Notes: a model not told the origin generated them from the letters alone. A stretch of 64,000 nucleotides of DNA from an uncultured virus (IMG/VR IMGVR_UViG_3300013137_002215) (IMGVR_UViG_3300013137_002215); one strand, 5' to 3'. Counted from the first letter of the stretch, positions 29,129-39,491 are shown. A program made the numbers and translations.

Positions 29129-29899
29129 TCCACTTTCTGAAGTTTCTGCGGATTTATCGGAATCTTTCTTTTCAAATAAATCATCGTTATCGCCCTGTGT
29201 TTTATCTTCAACTTTCTTTTCTTCTTTCTTTGGGGCTTCTTTATTTGATTGTTTATTATCATTTCTCTTTGGTGGAATACGTTTGCTTTCAGGCGTCTTA
29301 TTCCAAATTTCAACAATCTTCTCTAATGGATCTGGCTTGTAAATATCTTCCAACGATATTGTTTGAATATCTCGTTTAATCATTTCTTTTTCTGCATCTG
29401 TAAACGGAGCTTTGTCAGCATGAGTAACTGTATATTCGGTACTTAGTTTATCTGGTGTGCCATCAGCCTTTTTCGGAATCTTAACCTCTATGATAAAATC
29501 TGGTCCGTCCTTACCTGCCGGATCTATACCAAATAGTCTCTTATAGGTAGCAAAGTGTTCAAACACACCGCTACCCTTATCAAGAATTTTTAATTGCAGG
29601 TCTTTTTCATTACGATCTATCATCCTAATAGCAAATCGTGGAGGGGTTGGAAATTTAGCAACCCAAAAAGGATCTTTATCTTTATAATCAATGTGCGTAG
29701 TATGCGTTTCTGTAACAGCAGGTGCCCAACGTCTATAATAAACAATATATTTGCCAACCAGTCTTACTTTGTAAACACCTTCTTTTGACAAATCCATATA
29801 TGCAGCTCGTTTCCCTTTTGTATCGGATTTGTTTTCAGTTTTTTTCTGTCCAGAAAAGTTCTTATCCCAATCACCATTTTGCGCTTTAACGTTTTCCAT
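29117..29899 (-). CDS. putative single-stranded DNA-binding protein (gp32-like)
   Basis: YKVRLVG, DPAG..GPDF.I..TEY.V; acidic tail ending ELF; near recA. Confidence 0.65.
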   Translation of the reverse strand: MENVKAQNGDWDKNFSGQKKTENKSDTKGKRAAYMDLSKEGVYKVRLVGKYIVYYRRWAPAVTETHTTHIDYKDKDPFWVAKFPTPPRFAIRMIDRNEKDLQLKILDKGSGVFEHFATYKRLFGIDPAGKDGPDFIIEVKIPKKADGTPDKLSTEYTVTHADKAPFTDAEKEMIKRDIQTISLEDIYKPDPLEKIVEIWNKTPESKRIPPKRNDNKQSNKEAPKKEEKKVEDKTQGDNDDLFEKKDSDKSAETSESGELF

Positions 29900-29953
29900 T
29901 TTTAACTCCCTTTATTTGTTTGTTACATAACTATTATACACAACTAAATTGAT

Positions 29954-30694
29954 TTAGAAAGTTCTTTCTTCAGCTTTTAGATTTTTAGTATTTTTTTCTT
30001 CTGTGTCCTTATCACTAAACAAACTCTTTTCATCTATAACGTTGTTTGTAGAAGAAAAATCATTATCCGGCAAAGCACTTCTACCAAAATCATGAAGCTT
30101 TAACTGCATTTGGGTGACAGTTATCCTGCGATATAATGATTCATGCAAACTATCTAGCGTTTTTAAGACATGAAAACAGGCTTTCAATAGTGCTTCAACT
30201 TCAGCAAAATCTTCTTCAAATTCGTTTAATCTAAATAGTGCATCTGCCTTCCTTTTGTCGGCACTATTCTCAGTTGAAAATACTCCCCATGCATCTTTCA
30301 ATAAATCAGTTATTCTAGATTTAATAGTATGGTGTCTAAGTGTTATTACAAATATTTCCGATAGTCTTTCTTTAGCAGCCTGTACCCGTTGTATCTCGTC
30401 GTTAAAATCTTGTAAAGTAGGAGTTGGTTTAGATTTAATAGATAAATCAGACAATTCGGCATAGATCTTAATATAATTAACATTAGGAAGTTGTTTGTAT
30501 TGTTTTAACAGTCTTTTTACCATTATCGTATATTGTTCAGGAAAATCAGTTCCACTCAAACAAGGGGAACTATCTAATGGTTTATCAATAATTTTTACTT
30601 CTTCTTTTATAGGCGTTTCTTTTTTTATCTCCGTTTTAGGCGGATCAAATACGCTATTATTATCAACACCTAGGATTTTATCAAAATCATCCAT
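29954..30694 (-). CDS. hypothetical coiled-coil protein
   Basis: 246 aa helical ORF. Confidence 0.6.
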   Translation of the reverse strand: MDDFDKILGVDNNSVFDPPKTEIKKETPIKEEVKIIDKPLDSSPCLSGTDFPEQYTIMVKRLLKQYKQLPNVNYIKIYAELSDLSIKSKPTPTLQDFNDEIQRVQAAKERLSEIFVITLRHHTIKSRITDLLKDAWGVFSTENSADKRKADALFRLNEFEEDFAEVEALLKACFHVLKTLDSLHESLYRRITVTQMQLKLHDFGRSALPDNDFSSTNNVIDEKSLFSDKDTEEKNTKNLKAEERTF

Positions 30695-30736
30695 TGTTAT
30701 TATCCAATTATTAAACTATGCCAAGGCCAAAACCAA

Positions 30737-31114
30737 TTATTCGTTACGGTATACAATCATGTAATCATTGCTATTCAAAGAAACAGTACCCTTGCTATCT
30801 AATACAAACGATGCGACCTTGTTTCTCTCATTTTCAACCACAATGCGTTCAGCGTCCTTAACCTTATTATTTTTGAACGAATCGACAGTAGGAGAACCAG
30901 CCATACCAACGATAGTTACTTCTATTTCAACGTCTGATTTATTGGCTTGTCGCACACAATTACATTCAAACTCAGTAATTTCATTAAACCGTGCAACATT
31001 CTTTTCAAATGACTCACTAAATAACCTGATAATTTCATCGTCGCCAATCTTATTCAGATTTAATGCCTCTTTTTTCACTTCAACCTTGCTTTTTTGAGTA
31101 TTTTTTTTATTCAT
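30737..31114 (-). CDS. hypothetical protein
   Basis: AAGGAG RBS. Confidence 0.6.
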   Translation of the reverse strand: MNKKNTQKSKVEVKKEALNLNKIGDDEIIRLFSESFEKNVARFNEITEFECNCVRQANKSDVEIEVTIVGMAGSPTVDSFKNNKVKDAERIVVENERNKVASFVLDSKGTVSLNSNDYMIVYRNE

Positions 31115-31150
31115 CTTACTACTCCTTTTTTATTATTATACACGAAACTA

Positions 31151-31552
31151 TTAATTGTCTCCAAAAAGTTCTTTTATTTCTTTTTGGTTATTTTCTGCAC
31201 TTACTTTTTTATTTTCTATACTGTCCATTTGTGTAGCAGTTACAGCATCATGATTTTCTTTAGCCATATTGGGAATTTCATTGTTTTGCAACCACTCAGG
31301 AACTACTTTTACCATCTTATCTTCTACGTCTTGTACTGCATTTGTCTTTTTACCCAACATATCAGGTATTTTCCGCATATTTCTGATCAAATTCTGAACA
31401 GCTTCTTGTGTTAATTCATCTTCTTTAGATATCATTTCTTCTTTGGTACTATATTCTATATTTTTTTCGGCATACACGGTTTTATCTATATACTGATAAT
31501 CACCCAAATTTATTCTTACATTAATATTTACTGCTATTTTTTTATTTTCCAT
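31151..31552 (-). CDS. hypothetical protein
   Basis: INLGDYQ motif; RBS present. Confidence 0.6.
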   Translation of the reverse strand: MENKKIAVNINVRINLGDYQYIDKTVYAEKNIEYSTKEEMISKEDELTQEAVQNLIRNMRKIPDMLGKKTNAVQDVEDKMVKVVPEWLQNNEIPNMAKENHDAVTATQMDSIENKKVSAENNQKEIKELFGDN

Positions 31553-31563
31553 ATTAGTCCCTT

Positions 31564-34500
31564 CTAGAACTTAATTTTGTCATAATCTTTACTAACATCA
31601 AATAATGACTGCCCCTCAAATTGATTCATTTTTGCCATTTGTTTTTCTTTTGCTTTCTTTTCTTTATCTAACGCCTCTTTTATTTCTTCATACTTGGCAA
31701 TTATTTCTAATTCTTGCATTTTCCAATCGCTCATACAGCCAGCAGTAACCAGTGTCTTGAACACTTTAGAATTAACTTTGCGCAAATCGGAACGCCTAAT
31801 AAAGTCTTCCAGATTTTTAAAAGGCTGATTTTTCATAATATCTTCAACGGCTTTAGATCCTACGCCCTTCAAAATTGTCAAAGGAGTACGCAAAACATCT
31901 TTTCCTTTTTCATTTCTATCTATAATATACACATCTTTACTGGTATTTATATTCGGTTGCCAACATTTTATATCCATTTCCGCAGCAGCCTCTATATACG
32001 AATTAAGTTTAAGATTTTTATCATTATTATCTATTTCGCTGGTTAATAAATTACACATAAACTCTAAAGGATAGTAAATTTTCAAATAACAGCATTGATA
32101 AGCTATAAAACTATAAGCGGCAGAATGGCTATTAGATGTTATGAAAGATCCTTTTAAATCGGTACTAAAAACCCTATAATTGTGTTGATCGCTCAACATA
32201 GTTAAATTATATGTTTTTTGTTTCCCTAACGACTTAATAGATTTTATTTTGCACTTTAACAGATTTTTATTTTCTCTTGAAAGTTCTTCTGTTTGATATA
32301 GAACACAAAGATCTTCGCTAACTATGTCTTTAACAGCGTAAAATCTATTATCTTCACACATAAACTTGTGTTCTAAGGTACATTTAATTTTTAGTCCATT
32401 ATCAAATTCTGTTTCAAAAATTTCTTGTTCGCCCGTTTCAAAAACCTCAACAACTTTATCAGAAACCATTTTTCCATCAATATAACTGTCTAATATTATA
32501 TCTGTATTATATTTAGAACCATCCTTATTATATTTAGAACTAAATATATAATTACATAATTCAGATAGTTTAAAATAAGAATTATCGGTCTTGTTCAAAA
32601 CAAATGTGTCACCGGAAAGACACCTATTAAATCCGTAGCCTCCAAAGAATTTTATCTGTTCAAATATCTTTTCTGCTAAATCCTTACTTACTCCATTTTT
32701 TATACAACCATTAATAAACAACTCATCTAATTTCTCTTTTTTTATCAATTCTGGCTTCTTTTTACCAATAACCTTTCTTAGAGTGTCTGCTTGACCACCC
32801 GTAAATCCTGCCAACACTCTAGAAACATTCATTACACATTCTTGGAAACAAATAATTCCATAAGTTTTTTTCAATACTTTTTCCAATAAAGGATGCAAAT
32901 ATTCAATCTTTCTTCTTCCATGTTTAAAATCAGCATACATATCCAAAACACCAGCCTCTAATGGACCAGGACGGAAAAGCGCATTGGCAACTATCATATC
33001 TTCAAAGTCGTCCACCTTAATATTAGCCAATAACCTACACATTCCATCTGATTCAAACTGGAAAATACCATGATTACTTCTGTGATTCAAACTGTCTAGA
33101 ACTTTAGGATCTGTAGGCTCTAATTTATCTATATCAATATCTTTGCCATGTCTTTCTTTAATCATTTTACGTGTTTTATCAAGTACAGAAAGTGTTTTTA
33201 GAGCTAATATGTCATATTTCACCAATCCAATTTCTTCTACTTCAGGTCCCACATATTGAGAGCAAACAACGTCTTTAGAGACCTTTAATGGAACAACATC
33301 TATACATTTTTCTTTACTTATTAAAACTCCTGCAGGATGAACACCAGAAGAGGCTAATTTACCCTCTACCTTTATTGCATTATCTATCAATCCCTCATAT
33401 CTTTCTGAAGCCATACGCAATTCACTTGACTTTTTTAAAGCATCTTCAACGTCCTCTGCATCTTCTGGAACCATTTTTGACAACGCATCAGCTACATCTA
33501 ACGTGTTTTTAGGTTCTTCTATTTTTTTATTTTCTAATTGAGCTTTTCTAATTACTTCCCAATCATCACCCAAATCCATTGCCTTAGCTACACGCCTGAT
33601 AGATGCTTTTGCCTGAAATGTCTGATATACTCCAATTTGAGAGCAATATTCTGTACCATATGTTCTTACAATATAATTATAAACTTCGTCACGCCTATAA
33701 TAGTCAAAATCCATATCTACATCTGGTGGACTAATTCTTTCAGGATTCAAAAACCTTTCAAAAATAAGATTATACTTTATTGGGTCTAATCTGGTTACAT
33801 CCAATACATATAGACACAAAGAGCTAACTGCCGAACCTCTCCCGACCCCGATGGCCACTTTATTACTTCTTGCAAACTGTATAATGTCCCATAAAATCAA
33901 AAAATACATCGTATAGTTACATTTAGTTATAACAGACATTTCATACTTAATTCTGTCTCTGTATTCTGGAATATTAATAAAACCTTTTTTCTTCATTCCA
34001 TCTACAACAAGTGCTTTCAAATATTCTTCACCTGTTTTAAATCCTTGTGGCAATTTAAAATCAGGGAATAAATTCTTACCAGTTTTTATTAATTTTGTTT
34101 CTATTTTATCAGCAATTTCTTTTGTATTTACCAATAATTCGGGTGCTTTTTCATACAAAGATAACATTTCTTCATAAGACTTTAAATAGAAATCATCACT
34201 ACCAAATGTTAATCTGTCGGGATCTTTAATACAATCCAATGTTTGAATAGATAATAAAACATCATGAGCCTTATAATCACTTTTAAAGGCATAATGGGTA
34301 TCTTGAGTACAAATAGCCCTTACACCATTGTTTTTAGCTATTTTATAAAGCATAGAAGCCAATTTTCTTTCACGATCTTCTTGAATTTTATCAGTAAAAT
34401 AAGTATGCATCATTACTTCAATATAGAAATCATCTTTGAATAATTCTTTATAAATATTAACTACTTTGTTTGCTTCAACATCTTCATGTCGCCATAATAA

Positions 34501-34950
34501 AGTTGATATTTCTCCAGCAACACAAGCAGTACTGACAATTAATCCTTCATGATGTTGTTGTAATAAATTAAAATCTATTCTTGGTTTATAATAAAAACCT
34601 TGCAAATATCCCAAAGAACTTAATTTAATGAGGTTTTTATATCCTTTTTCGTTTTTTGCCAATAATATTAAGTGGTAAGGTTTTGGAGCGCTTTTATCTT
34701 GGCACTTCATATTTGGAACGATATAGGTTTCCATTCCCAAGATAGGCTTTATAGATTTTTCTATACATTTTTTCTGAAATTCCAATAATCCTGAACAAGT
34801 ACCGTGATCTGTTAATGCCAAAGATTTAAAACCTAATCCCGATGCACAATCTATAAGTTCGTCAATAGAAGATAAACCATCCAACAAACTATGACATGAA
34901 TGATTGTGCAATTGGCAGAAATCGTTTTTTATATCGGACATAATTAACAC
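31564..34950 (-). CDS. dnaE: DNA polymerase III alpha subunit, intein-containing
   Basis: PHP LHNHS..SLLDG, ALTDHG, GRGSA, FERFLNPERISPPDVDMDF, HPAG, KYDILAL, GFN|SHSAAY. Confidence 0.97.
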   Translation of the reverse strand: MLIMSDIKNDFCQLHNHSCHSLLDGLSSIDELIDCASGLGFKSLALTDHGTCSGLLEFQKKCIEKSIKPILGMETYIVPNMKCQDKSAPKPYHLILLAKNEKGYKNLIKLSSLGYLQGFYYKPRIDFNLLQQHHEGLIVSTACVAGEISTLLWRHEDVEANKVVNIYKELFKDDFYIEVMMHTYFTDKIQEDRERKLASMLYKIAKNNGVRAICTQDTHYAFKSDYKAHDVLLSIQTLDCIKDPDRLTFGSDDFYLKSYEEMLSLYEKAPELLVNTKEIADKIETKLIKTGKNLFPDFKLPQGFKTGEEYLKALVVDGMKKKGFINIPEYRDRIKYEMSVITKCNYTMYFLILWDIIQFARSNKVAIGVGRGSAVSSLCLYVLDVTRLDPIKYNLIFERFLNPERISPPDVDMDFDYYRRDEVYNYIVRTYGTEYCSQIGVYQTFQAKASIRRVAKAMDLGDDWEVIRKAQLENKKIEEPKNTLDVADALSKMVPEDAEDVEDALKKSSELRMASERYEGLIDNAIKVEGKLASSGVHPAGVLISKEKCIDVVPLKVSKDVVCSQYVGPEVEEIGLVKYDILALKTLSVLDKTRKMIKERHGKDIDIDKLEPTDPKVLDSLNHRSNHGIFQFESDGMCRLLANIKVDDFEDMIVANALFRPGPLEAGVLDMYADFKHGRRKIEYLHPLLEKVLKKTYGIICFQECVMNVSRVLAGFTGGQADTLRKVIGKKKPELIKKEKLDELFINGCIKNGVSKDLAEKIFEQIKFFGGYGFNRCLSGDTFVLNKTDNSYFKLSELCNYIFSSKYNKDGSKYNTDIILDSYIDGKMVSDKVVEVFETGEQEIFETEFDNGLKIKCTLEHKFMCEDNRFYAVKDIVSEDLCVLYQTEELSRENKNLLKCKIKSIKSLGKQKTYNLTMLSDQHNYRVFSTDLKGSFITSNSHSAAYSFIAYQCCYLKIYYPLEFMCNLLTSEIDNNDKNLKLNSYIEAAAEMDIKCWQPNINTSKDVYIIDRNEKGKDVLRTPLTILKGVGSKAVEDIMKNQPFKNLEDFIRRSDLRKVNSKVFKTLVTAGCMSDWKMQELEIIAKYEEIKEALDKEKKAKEKQMAKMNQFEGQSLFDVSKDYDKIKF
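32131..32622 (-). mobile_element. mini-intein (164 aa) in DnaE
   Basis: YGFNR|CLSGDT...KCTLEHKF...TYNLTM...FITSN|SHSAAY; no endonuclease domain. Confidence 0.9.
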
Positions 34951-34953
34951 GGT

Positions 34954-35445
34954 CTATCTTAATATCATTTTAACTTTAACTTCAGCAGCCTTAGATCTTT
35001 CATAAAAATTTGCATGTATAAAATCAAGCAAGTGAATAGCAAAATTTTCCCAATCAAAATCACTACTTAAAGCATTATTAAACCTAAGTGTGTCAACAAG
35101 ATTATTATTTTGTGGAATACCTTCAAAGTTTAAAACAATATTATCGCCATCTGTTAAAATATCTATAGCAAATCTCTTATATTTTTGCAACCTTGTTCCT
35201 ACTAATGCATTTTTTTCTATTCTTTCTAAATTATCAATGGCTTTAATACGTTTTAAACCTGTTCCTATTTGAAATATTCTGGCATTAATTGTTTCAGCAA
35301 TTAAAAAGTGATCATTTATCGTTTTATCAGAAAAAGATCCTAAAGACTTAATAAATTCATCGTGTTTAGTTTTTAATTTGTTTTCAATTTCTACATAATC
35401 AATTTGTTGTTTTATATTCTTATCTAAATCTTTTGAATTTTTCAT
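34954..35445 (-). CDS. hypothetical protein
   Basis: AGGAG RBS. Confidence 0.6.
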   Translation of the reverse strand: MKNSKDLDKNIKQQIDYVEIENKLKTKHDEFIKSLGSFSDKTINDHFLIAETINARIFQIGTGLKRIKAIDNLERIEKNALVGTRLQKYKRFAIDILTDGDNIVLNFEGIPQNNNLVDTLRFNNALSSDFDWENFAIHLLDFIHANFYERSKAAEVKVKMILR

Positions 35446-35462
35446 ATTAACTCCTATAGATA

Positions 35463-36092
35463 TTATACAGTTTTATTATCATTTGGAACAATATAGTTTG
35501 CTGAAATATTATTAGAATTAACATTAGATAGCGGCATAACAACTTGTGTTTTTACTTCATTTGAGACATTAGACACAGTAACAATCTCTTTCTTATCATC
35601 AATTGATTTCCAGTCCTTGCAGTTTTTCGGATCACTATCTTCTGGTTGTCGATCACAGGTCTGCTTTCCACAAGTCAGACAGGTACGAGAAGCCAAACTA
35701 GTATCATTATTCACCAACTTATTATCATTATTCTTAGTACCTTCAAAATGCCCATTCTTAATAAAACGTCTTTTTAACATCACATTATTAAATTCATGTT
35801 TGTTTCTTTCATTATTACCATTATTGTTTTGATTATTTGAATTATTCTGTGGGGCATTTTCATAACATGCTATCTCAACAATTCTATGAGAGGGTATAAT
35901 AGATTGTCCTACAGCAAACGCAAAATCTTCAGCCAAAATTCTAGTAGCTATATTAGAAATGTTTTCTTTATAACTTAGAGAAGACTCATAATTATCGTCT
36001 TCTATCGGCATTATTGTATCTATAATCTTATCATTCCTGTCTTTGTAATAAATTTTTACATAGTGTGTTTTTTTATTCCCGTTATTGCTCAT
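35463..36092 (-). CDS. hypothetical protein; N-terminus resembles MJ1316/DUF504 RNA-repair domain
   Basis: IYYKDR...IIPSHRIVEI; Asn-rich linker; Cys cluster. Confidence 0.45.
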   Translation of the reverse strand: MSNNGNKKTHYVKIYYKDRNDKIIDTIMPIEDDNYESSLSYKENISNIATRILAEDFAFAVGQSIIPSHRIVEIACYENAPQNNSNNQNNNGNNERNKHEFNNVMLKRRFIKNGHFEGTKNNDNKLVNNDTSLASRTCLTCGKQTCDRQPEDSDPKNCKDWKSIDDKKEIVTVSNVSNEVKTQVVMPLSNVNSNNISANYIVPNDNKTV

Positions 36093-36104
36093 ATTTTATT
36101 CCAA

Positions 36105-36653
36105 TCACAATATTGTTTTTATATACTCGTCCACTTTTTTATATAACTCTTCTTTTGTTCCATTATTTTGTATTTCAATATTACCTTTTAAATCATACGC
36201 CTCACTTGCATGATTTAACAATCCAACTTTGCCATCACAACCATCTCTTATAACCTTAATACAAAAAAACTTATTACCATTTTTACTTTGCTCTACAAAA
36301 AAATTATATTCGTTTGGAAATCTAATGTCGGCAGTTACATAATTAGAAGATTTGTCATTTTGTATTTTATACCATAACGATTTAACCCAAACTTCATCAT
36401 CTATTTGTTCTCTAAACAGCTCTGTACCAATGAATTGTAAAAGTTTTCTTACTGTCCAATTACTCCAGTTTTTTAAAGGTTTTTCTCTTTCTACTCTATC
36501 ATATACCGTAAGATCATCCAGTACAAAAACATCTTTAACCAATCTTTTAATAGGATCTGCTAAAGATATTTTCTTAAATCCATACTTTGCAACTAAATAA
36601 TCAGCAATAGTATCTTTACCACTACCAGCCTTGCCACAAAGTCCTATTAACAT
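36105..36653 (-). CDS. deoxynucleoside monophosphate kinase
   Basis: IGLCGKAGSGKDT, SLADPIK, RKLLQFIGTE, DIRFPNE, HASE. Confidence 0.92.
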   Translation of the reverse strand: MLIGLCGKAGSGKDTIADYLVAKYGFKKISLADPIKRLVKDVFVLDDLTVYDRVEREKPLKNWSNWTVRKLLQFIGTELFREQIDDEVWVKSLWYKIQNDKSSNYVTADIRFPNEYNFFVEQSKNGNKFFCIKVIRDGCDGKVGLLNHASEAYDLKGNIEIQNNGTKEELYKKVDEYIKTIL

Positions 36654-36671
36654 AAGTTCACCCGCAAAGTA

Positions 36672-37412
36672 TTATACATAAAACATTTTTCTAGGCATAA
36701 GATTATACGGTGAAGCAAAAAATATTGATTTGTTGGGTTTCAAATCACCTTTTACCAAATAACATGTTTGAGATACAGGATTGCGTGGACCTTTCAAATA
36801 ATACATATTGTCACCAAAAACACTTATCATGTTTTTTATATGTTGTTTGTAAGTATCATGTTCTGAGGTTATATTCCAAGTAGCAACGCCCTCATTTTTA
36901 AGCATTTGTTTTATAGCACTTATAAATTCTTTTTTCTGAACACCTTTGGGCATATAATCAGAATCAAAAACATCTACAAATATAATGTCATACGATTTTT
37001 CATTTTTTATTTTATTTACAACACCAAAAGCATCACCCATAATTATATTGGTATTAGAATTTGGTTTAAAATTAAAATACTCACTTGCAATTTTGGGTAT
37101 TTCAGGATCTATCTCAATAATATCAACATTAACAGAAGGTAAAAATCTATAAACATGATTGATTATAATCGCTCCACCCATTCCAACCATTAAAATATTA
37201 GAAGGATTACTTACAAACGCAAAAGCACACATGGCTAACAAACTATAATCAAAAACATGGAAATAAGGATAATTAACATGTGTTCCAGATTGATCTCTAC
37301 ACATACCACTACCAAAATTAAATTGCAATAAGCGAATATTATTTTCTTCTACAACACTAATGTCACTATATTGCGATTTAATATGATAAAGAATTTTGGG
37401 GGAGGAAATCAT
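36672..37412 (-). CDS. spermidine-synthase-like SAM-dependent transferase
   Basis: ILMVGMGGA, IEIDP, GDAF, YDIIFVDVF. Confidence 0.8.
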   Translation of the reverse strand: MISSPKILYHIKSQYSDISVVEENNIRLLQFNFGSGMCRDQSGTHVNYPYFHVFDYSLLAMCAFAFVSNPSNILMVGMGGAIIINHVYRFLPSVNVDIIEIDPEIPKIASEYFNFKPNSNTNIIMGDAFGVVNKIKNEKSYDIIFVDVFDSDYMPKGVQKKEFISAIKQMLKNEGVATWNITSEHDTYKQHIKNMISVFGDNMYYLKGPRNPVSQTCYLVKGDLKPNKSIFFASPYNLMPRKMFYV

Positions 37413-37418
37413 AAAAAA

Positions 37419-37850
37419 TTAAAATTTGTTTCTTTTGTTTCTATTATCGTCTCTTCTATCATTATTATGTTTAACTATTTTATCCCAATATTCATCTGAA
37501 ATTAAATCTGGTTTATCTTCAACACTTCTATTATCATAAAAAATTGACCCACCAAGTCCATATTCTTTATTACATTTAAAAACCTTAATATTAACACTTT
37601 CTAAATAAGGAATTATTTCATTTATAAGATCGTGTCCATCAATATAACTATCATTTGTGTCGCATAATTTGTCTATTGCTTTATTTAAGGCGATTTTATA
37701 CTGTTCTTCAAATTTTTCTTGGGGCAAATCACACTTAAACCAAACAGGATAATATTCTTCCCAACCAGATACAAATATAACATAATAATAGTCCATATTA
37801 ATCTCCAATATTTCACTTAGTATTCGTATTTTATTCCCATTACATCGCAA
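37419..37850 (-). CDS. hypothetical protein (start probably internal, MDYYY)
   Basis: ORF track. Confidence 0.5.
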   Translation of the reverse strand: MRCNGNKIRILSEILEINMDYYYVIFVSGWEEYYPVWFKCDLPQEKFEEQYKIALNKAIDKLCDTNDSYIDGHDLINEIIPYLESVNIKVFKCNKEYGLGGSIFYDNRSVEDKPDLISDEYWDKIVKHNNDRRDDNRNKRNKF

Positions 37851-38083
37851 GCTCTCTTAACCATAGACTTAGTAAGATTCACTGCACCTCTCTCTGTTAC
37901 TTCTTCTATGAGGATTCTTAGGGCCTCTCTTACATATAAAACCTGTTCTGAATTAAGCGTTATAGATCTACTGATACACTTTTCAGGGTTATGAAACAAT
38001 CTAAATTTGCAACAATGTATACAGAATTTTCCAATACCAAGTTTCTTCATAATATCTTCTATCTTATAATATATTTTATGCAT
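37817..38083 (-). CDS. hypothetical protein
   Basis: ORF track. Confidence 0.45.
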   Translation of the reverse strand: MHKIYYKIEDIMKKLGIGKFCIHCCKFRLFHNPEKCISRSITLNSEQVLYVREALRILIEEVTERGAVNLTKSMVKRACDVMGIKYEY

Positions 38084-38116
38084 TTTGTTAATTTTCCATC
38101 TGTTTTAATAATATAT

Positions 38117-38474
38117 TGGAGGTGGGCGGAATTGAACCGCCGTCCCAAAAATAAGTTTTTATATCATCTACATGTTTAGTCTATATTTTCTTTTGCCTAG
38201 ACAAGCCGCACTAAAAGTTTTTACAAGAGCACACTTAGTATTTTAGTCACTCTATAGCAACTAATCATGAGCAGTTGCCAACTCAGTTCCCATTATATTA
38301 GTCGTACTCACGGATATTAATGGTAATTTCTCCGTTTTCCTATGCCGCTTTATTAAGCAGCCATTTTAAGTGGTTCGGCACTTATAACCGTTTTGTCGGC
38401 TTTTATGCTGGCCAACCGACAAACCAGCACATGCAGGTATATTATTTATTTCTGGTCGAAACCTGTACACCCCC
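38117..38474 (-). ncRNA. ssrA: tmRNA; tag reading frame AEPLKMAA (38353-38379)
   Basis: 5' GGGGGTGTACAGGTTTCGAC; 3' GACGGCGGTTCAATTCCGCCCACCTCCA with G3:U pair; pk1; ATAAGT-GCC resume codon; tag ends AA-TAA-TAA. Confidence 0.95.
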
Positions 38475-38834
38475 ATTTTTAACATTTTTCGTTATTCTTT
38501 TCCACGCTCTAAAAGCCTTCTTACAATCTTTCTCCTCTATTTTCTTAAAAGTTTTCATATCTAGAAATCCACACTTAATACATGTTTTATAAATAAACTT
38601 AAATGGTATTCCGCCCAAAGAATATTTATATTTTTGGTGTGGACAGACATCGTACCCGTTTTCATATGCAGTTACATGTTCTATAGATATATCATTCTGT
38701 TTGGCAAATTCTCTAAGACCTATACGATTATCTCTTCTTAATTCTCTCATAGATTTTCTATAACGTAGTTCGTCCGTAAGAGTCTTGCCACTCAATTTAT
38801 GCTTTGATAATGGATAAACCTTATTAATACTCAT
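38442..38834 (-). CDS. HTH (XRE-like) + zinc-binding protein
   Basis: RELRRDNRIGLREFAKQNDISIEHVTAYENG; CPH...CIKC. Confidence 0.6.
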   Translation of the reverse strand: MSINKVYPLSKHKLSGKTLTDELRYRKSMRELRRDNRIGLREFAKQNDISIEHVTAYENGYDVCPHQKYKYSLGGIPFKFIYKTCIKCGFLDMKTFKKIEEKDCKKAFRAWKRITKNVKNGGVQVSTRNK

Positions 38835-38996
38835 TTTTCTTTCCTATCTAAAAAGCTTATCATTTTATCTTCAAAATCGATCGTTTCTTTTACTAGTGCT
38901 TTAAACTCAGCCCAAGAAATATCATGATCTAAACTTTCTTCGCAAATGGTTAGTATTTTCTGAATACTAGTTCGACTAAATTCATGTTTCTTCATC

Positions 38997-39491
38997 TTAC
39001 ACCTTAACCGCTATAAAACAACCTTTACTATATTTAATCTTATCCCATCCCAAATGTCTAAAAATATAACTTTGCAAAGCCAACATTTCTTTCTCATTTT
39101 TAGCCCAACTATCTTTAGCAGGATATAATTCCAACATAATAACACAAGATGTTTTAGCTACCCTATCTATTTCCCTAATAAGTTGCATTCTTTCCACCGG
39201 ATTTAAAAACATCATTAAATAATTGCACAATATAATGTCTATAGATTTATTTTTTAATGGTAATTTTTCATGTCCTAATATACACTCTATACCATAATCA
39301 TTCGCCATGTCTAACGAAATAACCTTGCAGCCTTTTTCTTTTGCAAACTCAGAATTTCTTCCATTTCCACAACCAATATCCAAAACTACCTTGTTTTTAT
39401 CAAGAATATCGCAATTATTTCTCAAATATGGACAGGGTGTATTTCTTCCACAACGCACACAGTATTTATCATTCAAATATTTTCTGCTCAT
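38997..39491 (-). CDS. class I SAM methyltransferase
   Basis: VLDIGCGNGRN. Confidence 0.85.
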   Translation of the reverse strand: MSRKYLNDKYCVRCGRNTPCPYLRNNCDILDKNKVVLDIGCGNGRNSEFAKEKGCKVISLDMANDYGIECILGHEKLPLKNKSIDIILCNYLMMFLNPVERMQLIREIDRVAKTSCVIMLELYPAKDSWAKNEKEMLALQSYIFRHLGWDKIKYSKGCFIAVKV

